Position numbers and translations under genes: made by a program
Shown: piece by piece, positions 57,036-64,000 of the stretch
Position numbering within the stretch: position 1 is the stretch's first letter
Layout: every line of letters starts with the position of its first letter
NCBI GenBank assembly: GCA_964586695.1
Contig: CAZPGQ010000003.1
Span: forward strand, 888 to 64,887
Direction: 5' to 3'
Source of the DNA: an uncultured Candidatus Saccharibacteria bacterium
Lineage (GTDB): Bacteria > Patescibacteriota > Minisyncoccia > Phycocordibacterales > DATDWN01
DNA length: 64,000 nt
The notes under the pieces: generated by a model
What the model was told of the DNA's origin: nothing
The model's input: only the letters and a program-made list of their open reading frames with translations
Database searches by the model: none

Positions 57036-57764
57036 CTAAACAACAAGTGTGTGTTTGTGGTACTTTCTCCTTATATATATCTCTTGAACGATTGCAAAAA
57101 TGTTACTTGTGATTAGATATAAAGCTATAGCAGAAGATATTGTGTAGGCAATAATAGTCATCAAAACAGGGAAGAAGTACTTCATTTGCATAGTCATGGC
57201 CTTCTGTAGGTCGCTCTGTGGGGTGTTTTCTTCATTCTTTGTTGTTGGTGAGGAGGCCAAACTTATCTGGTAATAAGTGGTCAATCCAGCAATAACAGCC
57301 AAAATCATACTCTTTTCAGAAATGTTGATTAGGTGAAGAAAAACCATGTTGATATTTTCTGGGGAAGAAACAAAAGAATAAAGTATTGTAGTGTTTATAA
57401 TTGGTAATCCGGACTTCAAAAACACTCTATACAGTCCGATCAGGATAGGAAGTTGAATTATAAGTATAAATATACCAGCAAAAGGGTTTATGCCTTTCTC
57501 TTTATAATATTCGAACTGCTTCTTTGCTTGTTCTTCTTTATTGTCTTTGTATTTCTCCTTAATAAGGGCAAGGTCTTTCTCTGCACTCTTCATTTCAAGC
57601 TGAGACTTTGAAGCTTTTATTGAGAGAGGAAGAATAATTATCTTTATTACAATAGTAAATATAATAATAATGACACCTGCATCAAAAAAGGGGAGTAGAT
57701 CCATCAAAAGAATCAGCCCGTTATAAAGTGGTTGTGAAATTATAAGATTAAAAAGTGATGACAT
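57036..57764 (-). CDS. yidC: Membrane protein insertase YidC/Oxa1 (short form)
   Basis: Five TM helices and the conserved amphipathic region; position downstream of rnpA. Confidence 0.75.
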   Translation of the reverse strand: MSSLFNLIISQPLYNGLILLMDLLPFFDAGVIIIIFTIVIKIIILPLSIKASKSQLEMKSAEKDLALIKEKYKDNKEEQAKKQFEYYKEKGINPFAGIFILIIQLPILIGLYRVFLKSGLPIINTTILYSFVSSPENINMVFLHLINISEKSMILAVIAGLTTYYQISLASSPTTKNEENTPQSDLQKAMTMQMKYFFPVLMTIIAYTISSAIALYLITSNIFAIVQEIYIRRKYHKHTLVV

Positions 57765-57768
57765 TTGG

Positions 57769-58110
57769 TTATTCTAACATATAAGAACCTGAAAGTAATG
57801 CTTCTATTTCTTTCTCCAAAATACTGAATTTTACAGGAATTGATCCCTTCTTATAAACAAAAAAGAGAAAGTACCCGGATTTTATATTACTTAAAAATTT
57901 TGATACTACTGAGTACCCAATTCTTCTGTATCTATTTCTATCAACAGCTTTTGGACAAACCTTCTTTGAAACAGAAAAAGCCACTCTTGATGGGCTGTTT
58001 TCTGGCATTTTATCCAAATAAAGCAGTAGTTTTGAAGAATTAAACCTTATTCCGTGAGATAGTATATGTGTGAAATTATCTCTCGGTATTCTTCTGTTTT
58101 TTGGAAGCAT
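57769..58110 (-). CDS. rnpA: Ribonuclease P protein component
   Basis: Basic ~113 aa protein with the RNR motif region (KAVDRNRYRRI); conserved rpmH-rnpA-yidC order. Confidence 0.75.
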   Translation of the reverse strand: MLPKNRRIPRDNFTHILSHGIRFNSSKLLLYLDKMPENSPSRVAFSVSKKVCPKAVDRNRYRRIGYSVVSKFLSNIKSGYFLFFVYKKGSIPVKFSILEKEIEALLSGSYMLE

Positions 58111-58127
58111 TTTAGATTTACTTACCA

Positions 58128-58261
58128 ACAGTTGTTATAGCCTTTCGTCCTTTTCTTCGTCTCCTAAGTAATGTATTCTGGCCTGTTTTTGTTCTACTTC
58201 GAACTAGGAAGCCGTGGGCTTTTGCTCTTTTTCTTTTTTTAGGTTGATATGTTTTTGACAT
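58128..58261 (-). CDS. rpmH: 50S ribosomal protein L34
   Basis: Hand translation of the minus strand: [47 protein letters not shown], near-identical to bacterial L34. Absent from the ORF track because it is under 60 aa. Confidence 0.85.
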
Positions 58262-58374
58262 GTTTTTGGTTTATGGTGAACAAATATCAGATATGTCTCT
58301 GTACACATATTATTAACATATCTATAGCTTTTTAACAAGTACTATCTTTTTTCCTTTTCTATATAATATGTTCC

Positions 58375-59715
58375 ATGATGGATAACAAAAAACTTTGGGA
58401 TAGTGTTTTGGTAGAGATGGAGTTAACTTTATCTAAACCAAATTTCAATACTTGGTTTAAAGATACATCCATAATCAAACAAGAAGACGGTGCAGTTTAT
58501 CTTGGAGTCCCAAATACATTTGTTCAAGACTGGCTTGGTAGTAAATTTCACAACCAAATATTAAAAGCCTTAAGAAATATTTCTAGCACAATACAGTCTC
58601 TTCACTATATTATTTCAAAAGAGGAAATGAAGGATAGACCTTCCCAAGAAAAGATCCCTCAACAAACAAGAGAGCTCCCGATAGCAGATACCTTTATAAA
58701 CAAAGAAGACAACCTGAACCCTAGATATACTTTTGAGTCTTTTGTTGTTGGCCCATTTAACGAATTCGCCCACGCTGCCAGCCAAGCAATTATTAAAAAA
58801 CCTGGAATTGTATATAACCCTTTGTTTATATATGGAGGCACAGGTCACGGAAAAACACATCTTATGCAGGCGGTGGGGAACCACCTGAAAAATTCTAGTA
58901 ACAAAAAGGTGTTTTATACTACGTCAGAAAAATTCTCTCAAGAATACGTTAATGCTCTACAGTTAAACAAACCTAATTTCTTTAAAGAAAAATATAGAAA
59001 GTATGATGTTCTTATTATGGACGATATTCAGTTTTTCTCTGGCAAAATGCAACTTCAGGAACAGCTTTTTCATCTTTTTAACCATTTATATGAGAACAAC
59101 AAGCAGATTGTATTTTCATCAGATAAGCACCCTGGCTTAATCCAAGATCTAGAAGATAGACTAAAGAGTCGTTTTAGTGCTGGTATGATTGTTGATATAC
59201 CAACACCAGACAACGAGTCGAGAGCTGCCATAATACGAACAAAATCAGCTTCAAGTAAGTACCCTTTATCAAAAGAGGTTATAGATTACCTTGCTTACTC
59301 TATAACAGGGAATATTCGAGAGCTTGAGGGAATTATAAATTCTGTTACTTGTCAGTCTGATTTAAAGGAAAGGGAACTATCATTGGTAGAAGTAAAGAAT
59401 TTTGTAAAAAACAACACAAAACCGAAAAAACTAGTATCAACAAAGGAGGTTGTTAAAGCTGTTGCTGAGTTCTATAACATAGAAGAACAATTAGTATACG
59501 ATAAAACTAGAAAAAAGGAGGTTATTAAACCTAGACAGGTGATTATGTTTATTTTAAGGGAAGATTTTAATATATCTTATCCAGCCATAGGAGAAAAACT
59601 GGGTGGTAGAGACCATACAACAGTGATGCACTCTTGCGAGAAGATAAAGAATGACATGAAAGCAGATGAGAATTTGGTTCAAGAAATCACTCAATTGCGG
59701 TCTATCTTTGTGTAA
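58375..59715 (+). CDS. dnaA: Chromosomal replication initiator protein DnaA
   Basis: AAA+ Walker A GGTGHGKTHL; sensor motifs; C-terminal DNA-binding domain (HTTVMHSCEKI). Confidence 0.95.
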   Translation: MMDNKKLWDSVLVEMELTLSKPNFNTWFKDTSIIKQEDGAVYLGVPNTFVQDWLGSKFHNQILKALRNISSTIQSLHYIISKEEMKDRPSQEKIPQQTRELPIADTFINKEDNLNPRYTFESFVVGPFNEFAHAASQAIIKKPGIVYNPLFIYGGTGHGKTHLMQAVGNHLKNSSNKKVFYTTSEKFSQEYVNALQLNKPNFFKEKYRKYDVLIMDDIQFFSGKMQLQEQLFHLFNHLYENNKQIVFSSDKHPGLIQDLEDRLKSRFSAGMIVDIPTPDNESRAAIIRTKSASSKYPLSKEVIDYLAYSITGNIRELEGIINSVTCQSDLKERELSLVEVKNFVKNNTKPKKLVSTKEVVKAVAEFYNIEEQLVYDKTRKKEVIKPRQVIMFILREDFNISYPAIGEKLGGRDHTTVMHSCEKIKNDMKADENLVQEITQLRSIFV

Positions 59716-59943
59716 AAAACTGTGTATAGTGTGTAGATAAGCTATTTAAAATCCTGTGTAATCGTGTTAATTAGATTTAATAACTTTGTAAAAGTTAGAG
59801 TTTTCCACACTTTTACCACAGTTATCCACATGTATATTTGTCATAATATGGCTATATATATAGATTTTATAGAGTAATCCAGTTATATACAGGACTAGTA
59901 GTAGTAGATTTCTTAAATAAATAAAAAGACTAAAATTAATACT
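59716..59943. promoter_or_regulatory. Probable oriC: DnaA box cluster plus an AT-rich DNA-unwinding element between dnaA and dnaN
   Basis: gttttccacacttttaccacagttatccaca (consensus TTATCCACA plus variants) at 59799-59829; a reversed box tgtgtagataa at 59737-59747; and an AT-only tract atatggctatatatatagattttatagag. Confidence 0.6.
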
Positions 59944-61044
59944 ATGAATATAGAGTGTATAAAAGATAAGCTTTCATATGCGGTAGCAAAGGCAGAAAGG
60001 ATTACAGCAAAGAACATAACCTTACCAGTTCTGAGTTGTATACTACTTGAAGCAAAAGACTCTACTTTGACTATTAGATCAACAAACTTAGATCTTGGTT
60101 TAGAAATAACTGTACCTGTTAAAGTAAACAAACCTGGAAAAATAGCTGTCTCAGGTTCAATCTTGTATAGCTTTATATCAAACATAACCAATGATAAAAA
60201 CGTAACATTGGAGGCAATAGACGGAAACTTAAAAGTTTATACAAAACATTCAGAATCTATTATAAAAGCATTTCCTGTAGATGATTTTCCTAACATACCA
60301 AAGGTTATAAATGAAAAATCTTTTACTTTTAATGTCCCAAACTTAATAAAAGGTTTTAAATCTGTTATGTATAGTTCTTCAGTTTCTACTATACGGCCAG
60401 TTTTATCTAGTATTTTACTTGCATCTGAAGAGGATAGTGTTGTTTTTGTTGCTACAGACTCATTTAGATTGGCTGAAAAAAGAGTTGGAACAAAGAATCA
60501 TAAAGAATTTAATCAGATACTTATACCATTTAAGAATGTTGGAGAAATAATTAAGACATTAGAAGATATAAAAGAGGACGCTCAAGTTTATTTAAATGAA
60601 AATCAAATAGCTTTTCATTATAACGACATCTACATAACCTCTAGGGTTATAGATGGAACATTCCCCGACTATAAACAGATTATTCCAAAAGAGACAAAAA
60701 CAGAGGTTACTTTGTTAAAACAGGACTTTTTAAGTAGTCTTAGAATATCAAATATCTTTTCAGATAAATTTAGTCAGGTTACATTTTATATTTCACCAAA
60801 AGATAAAATTTTTAGAATTACTACAAAAAATATGGATGTAGGTGAAAACATAAACAACCTCGACGCTGTTATAAAAGGGGAGGAGTTAACAATTAGTTTT
60901 AACTACAAATACATTATTGATTGTTTTCAGTCTATAGAATCTGACTCTGTTACTCTGATGTTATCTGATATGAGTAGAGCAATGGTTATTAAAGGGACTA
61001 ACGATAAGTCGTTTTTGTATTTAGTAATGCCAATGAATAAATAG
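59944..61044 (+). CDS. dnaN: DNA polymerase III beta sliding clamp
   Basis: Three-domain beta-clamp, 366 aa, directly after dnaA. Confidence 0.9.
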   Translation: MNIECIKDKLSYAVAKAERITAKNITLPVLSCILLEAKDSTLTIRSTNLDLGLEITVPVKVNKPGKIAVSGSILYSFISNITNDKNVTLEAIDGNLKVYTKHSESIIKAFPVDDFPNIPKVINEKSFTFNVPNLIKGFKSVMYSSSVSTIRPVLSSILLASEEDSVVFVATDSFRLAEKRVGTKNHKEFNQILIPFKNVGEIIKTLEDIKEDAQVYLNENQIAFHYNDIYITSRVIDGTFPDYKQIIPKETKTEVTLLKQDFLSSLRISNIFSDKFSQVTFYISPKDKIFRITTKNMDVGENINNLDAVIKGEELTISFNYKYIIDCFQSIESDSVTLMLSDMSRAMVIKGTNDKSFLYLVMPMNK

Positions 61045-61298
61045 TGATGTTCAATATTGAGCAATATCTAAAAAGATTCTCCAGAAACCTATTCTCTATA
61101 GAGGAAAATAAAGTAAAAATACTAGAAATAGTTAGAAATTATACAAAGTTGAATTTAAATATTTCAGATTTAGAGTTAAAAAACTATATTGTTTTTGTAA
61201 GAACAAATGCGGTAGGTAAGAATCAAATTTTTTTAAACAAAACAAAGATTCTTGAAGAAATTAGTAAACAAAATATTAAAGTAGTTGATATAAAATAG
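61044..61298 (+). CDS. DUF721-like small protein (tentative)
   Basis: 84 aa ORF overlapping the dnaN stop; the pattern ILEIVRNYTKLNLNISDLELKNYIVFVRTNAVGKNQIFLNKTKILEEI resembles DUF721 proteins often found near dnaN/recF. Confidence 0.4.
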   Translation: MMFNIEQYLKRFSRNLFSIEENKVKILEIVRNYTKLNLNISDLELKNYIVFVRTNAVGKNQIFLNKTKILEEISKQNIKVVDIK

Positions 61299-61301
61299 TT
61301 T

Positions 61302-63449
61302 TTATTGAAAACCATTTTCCGTAGCCCATTTCCTTACAGCATATTCCCATCTCTCGAATTGAGAATCCATACTAGGGAATATTGGTTGTCCTCCTCGAGG
61401 ATCATCCTTATTAACCCAATAAAGTATAGAATGAACACCTCCAGATAGAGATTCTTGCGGTGTGTTATTTGGGTCAAAAACGGTTCCTACTGGTATATTA
61501 GAGACTCCACCTTGCCATTTTCCTCTTAATACTGGCTTTAAGTCAAAAGAAGACTCTTTTTGGGGCTTTGTAAAAGTGTTTCCAGGATCAGTTTTAAGTA
61601 CTTCATCCATGAAAGCTCTCCACATAGGAGCAACTATAAGGCCAGAAACCTTTTTTGCCATTGGTGTGTTGTCGTTATTTCCTGCCCAGGTTCCAACAAC
61701 GATGTCTGGAGTGTAACCAACAATCCAAGCATCCTTATAGTTGTTTGTTGTACCAGTTTTTACTGCAACATCACGACCAGGGAAGTAGATAGAAGAATTT
61801 GTTCCATATAGAGGCGCTCTTGCGATGTTGTCATTTAATATATCTGATATTTTTCTAGCAACTTCTGGTTCCAAAACCTGTTTTGGTCGAGGAGTTATTT
61901 CTTCTAATATTTTTCCATTCTTATCTTGAACTTTTAAGATTGCTGTATAAGGATTTCTCATTCCTTCTGTTGCAAAGACTCCGTAGGCGGAAGTCATATC
62001 AAGTAAAGAAACTTCGCCGCCCCCAAGAACAAGTGTCAGTCCATACTGGTTTTGATCTCCCAGGTTTGTGATACCCATACTTTCAGCTAGGTTTATTGAG
62101 TCTTTTATTCCAGCAAGGTAGAGTGTTTTTACAGAGGGAACGTTTATAGACTGAGCAAGTGAATCTCTAAGTGTCATTGGTCCTCTAAATTTATCATCAT
62201 AGTTTCCGGGAGAGTAACATCCATCTGTGCTTGTAAAATTATCAACAGCACACTTTGTAGAAAATTGTGTTGGAACATCAAACAAGACAGTGTCCGGTGT
62301 GTAGCCCTTTTTAAAAGCTTCTGCATAAACAAACGGCTTGAATGTTGAACCAGGCTGTCTTCTTGCTGTTGTTACGTTAAATTGGCCATCTATTTTTGTA
62401 TCAAAATAATCTCTTGATCCAACCATTGTTAAAATACCTCCAGTTTTTGGGTCTATCGCAACAAAAGCATCATTCGATCCATTGAAACTTTTCTCGTTTA
62501 TTTCTGCGTATTGTCTTGCTATTGCTTCAGCTTTTACCTGAAGTTCATAGTTTAATGTAGTAGTAACTTTTAAACCTCCTTGTTCTATAACATCAGCGCC
62601 ATATTTTTTCTCTAAATAATCTTTAATAAACATAACAAAATGGGGGGCTCGTATACTAGAATTTGATTGTGGTAGAAACTCTACCTTTTCATTGATTGCA
62701 ATATCGTGCTCCTCCTGAGTTATTTTTTTGTCTTTAAGCATTTCCTTTAGAACCAGATTCTTCCTTTTATCAAGAAGATCTCTGTTTTTTCCATAAGGAG
62801 ACAGTCTCGACGGTGCTTGTGGGAGGGAAGCTAGATAGGCTGCCTGTGCAAGTGATACAGAACTAGATGTTGTAGCAAAAAAAGTTTGACTGGCTTCCTC
62901 AACACCATATATGGTTCCCCCGTAGGGATTTTCGTTCAAATACATACTCAAAATCTGATCTTTGCTTATTACATTTTCTAGTTTTAGAGACAATGCAATT
63001 TCTTTAATTTTTCTTGTAACAGTCTTGTCTCCGACTAGAAGTGAATTTTTAACAACTTGCTGTGTTATTGTTGAGCCACCCTGTGAATACTCTCGATTAA
63101 TAAAATTCACAATTACAGCTCTAATAAAAGAGGTTGGTTTGAATCCACTATGTGTGTAAAAGTCTTTATCCTCTATAGATATGGTGGCGTCTTTAATATA
63201 CTGACTAATGCTTTCAAGTGAAACGACCGTTCTTTTTGCTTTATTATGAACATCGTACAGAAGTATTTTTCCTGTATTATCATAAATTTTTGTTGATTGG
63301 CTAACTTTTCTTTGTTCGATTGTGTCCAAAGAAGGGATTTGGAAAGTTGAAACCCAGATAAGGAGTATTCCACAAACAATAACTCCACATGAAAAGGCAA
63401 AAACGAGCAAATTTCTCAGTTTATGTTTTGTAAAAAGACTTTTTTTCAT
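61302..63449 (-). CDS. mrcA: Class A penicillin-binding protein (PBP1A, glycosyltransferase plus transpeptidase)
   Basis: GT51 motifs (SIEDKDFYTHSGF, GGSTITQQVVKN); the transpeptidase SxxK (STFKPF), SxN and KTG(T) motifs. The start is probably the ATG at 63449 (MKKSLF); the track extends to 63608. Confidence 0.85.
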   Translation of the reverse strand: MKKSLFTKHKLRNLLVFAFSCGVIVCGILLIWVSTFQIPSLDTIEQRKVSQSTKIYDNTGKILLYDVHNKAKRTVVSLESISQYIKDATISIEDKDFYTHSGFKPTSFIRAVIVNFINREYSQGGSTITQQVVKNSLLVGDKTVTRKIKEIALSLKLENVISKDQILSMYLNENPYGGTIYGVEEASQTFFATTSSSVSLAQAAYLASLPQAPSRLSPYGKNRDLLDKRKNLVLKEMLKDKKITQEEHDIAINEKVEFLPQSNSSIRAPHFVMFIKDYLEKKYGADVIEQGGLKVTTTLNYELQVKAEAIARQYAEINEKSFNGSNDAFVAIDPKTGGILTMVGSRDYFDTKIDGQFNVTTARRQPGSTFKPFVYAEAFKKGYTPDTVLFDVPTQFSTKCAVDNFTSTDGCYSPGNYDDKFRGPMTLRDSLAQSINVPSVKTLYLAGIKDSINLAESMGITNLGDQNQYGLTLVLGGGEVSLLDMTSAYGVFATEGMRNPYTAILKVQDKNGKILEEITPRPKQVLEPEVARKISDILNDNIARAPLYGTNSSIYFPGRDVAVKTGTTNNYKDAWIVGYTPDIVVGTWAGNNDNTPMAKKVSGLIVAPMWRAFMDEVLKTDPGNTFTKPQKESSFDLKPVLRGKWQGGVSNIPVGTVFDPNNTPQESLSGGVHSILYWVNKDDPRGGQPIFPSMDSQFERWEYAVRKWATENGFQ

Positions 63450-63486
63450 ATCTCGTATTTTATCATATTTATGGTAAAGTAATAAT

Positions 63487-64000
63487 ATGTTTAGCTTCAA
63501 AAACGAAAAAATAAATACTGACTTGGAAAAAATAGAAGATATTCTTACTAGGGGGGTAGAGGATGTTTTTGTTGTAGAGAGTTTAAAAAAAAGACTTTTG
63601 TCTGGCAAACAACAAAGGGTGAAGCTTGGTTTTGATCCAACAGGATCAAAAATTCACATAGGTAGAGCAGTTATTCTAAGAAAGCTAAAAGCCTTTCAAG
63701 ACCTGGGGCATAAAGTTGTTTTTATTGTGGGGGATTTTACTGCCGAGATTGGAGACCCATCTGATAAGTTAGAAAAAAGACCAATGCTAGACAGAAGTAA
63801 AATTCTGGAAAATCTAAAGGATTATAAAAATCAGGTTGGAAAAATAATTGATATTTCAAAAGCTGAATTTTGTTTTAACAGTAAATGGTTGTCAAAACTA
63901 GGTTTTCACGAGATTGGGCAATTAGCCGAAAGCTTTTCTGTTCAGCAGATGTCTAATAGAAGGAATTTTAAAGACAGGTTAGAAAAAGGGGAGGAAGTTT
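63487..64000 (+). CDS. tyrS: Tyrosine--tRNA ligase, N-terminal part; the gene runs off the window end
   Basis: MFSFKNEKINTDLEKIEDILTRGVEDVFVVESLKKRLLSGKQQRVKLGFDPTGSKIHIGRAVILRKLKAFQDLGHKVVFIVGDFTAEIGDPSDKLEKRPML is a class I HIGH-region TyrRS pattern. It is absent from the ORF track because it is open-ended. Confidence 0.75.
   Translation, partial: MFSFKNEKINTDLEKIEDILTRGVEDVFVVESLKKRLLSGKQQRVKLGFDPTGSKIHIGRAVILRKLKAFQDLGHKVVFIVGDFTAEIGDPSDKLEKRPMLDRSKILENLKDYKNQVGKIIDISKAEFCFNSKWLSKLGFHEIGQLAESFSVQQMSNRRNFKDRLEKGEEV

Noticed and set aside
1-64000. Alternative genetic code (UGA recoded), as in some candidate-phyla lineages
   Set aside because: dnaA, dnaN, pilB, recJ, pcrA and others are full length in standard translation, so code 11 fits
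1-64000. CRISPR arrays
   Set aside because: No run of regularly spaced direct repeats was seen. The only recurring elements are the two structured ~110 nt repeats and short tRNA-related duplications

Overview
This is an AT-rich (~35% GC) stretch of a compact bacterial chromosome. Long ORFs read through in the standard genetic code, so recoding (for example UGA as Gly) was considered and rejected. The gene content looks like a reduced-genome, Patescibacteria/CPR-like organism, but that is inference from gene content only. The window spans the chromosomal replication origin, with rpmH-rnpA-yidC on the minus strand at 57-58 kb, then dnaA, an intergenic oriC carrying DnaA boxes and an AT-rich unwinding element, and dnaN. 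Housekeeping genes include rpmB, recJ, pgk-tpiA, nusA, family-II pyrophosphatase, tig, rsmE, clpP, rny, hup, rpsO, cca, xth, xerC-like, comM, pcrA, ksgA, PBP1A and tyrS. There are four tRNAs (Gly-UCC, Pro-UGG, Gly-GCC, Arg-UCG). A type IV pilus block sits on the minus strand at 9.9-16.8 kb (pilB, pilC, two GFTFVE-type pseudopilins and a PilX-like protein). A competence channel ComEC appears split into two genes. An 11-gene same-strand island at 44.3-57.0 kb encodes PrgI-like, VirB4-like ATPase, VirB6/TrbL-like, pilin-like and large secreted Ig-like proteins; it reads as a type IV secretion-like surface apparatus sitting directly against the origin. The accessory-looking signals are listed here. 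(1) Three small GC-rich islets (2.4-2.75 kb, 22.29-22.5 kb, 34.14-34.57 kb) each carry a short ORF with its own ribosome-binding site and GC-rich hairpin terminator. (2) The islet at 34 kb abuts a perfect 10-1-10 bp palindrome at the stop codon of the tyrosine recombinase, which suggests integration. (3) A ~110 nt structured element occurs twice (9.83 kb and 32.68 kb) with an identical core, a closing stem that covaries between copies, and flanking U-tracts. (4) A tRNA-like structured element with its own promoter and terminator lies next to tRNA-Gly and carries a 14-nt duplicate of that tRNA's 3' end. (5) Several other structured intergenic regions are flagged. All calls rest on reading the sequence and on motif recognition from memory; no database search was possible.
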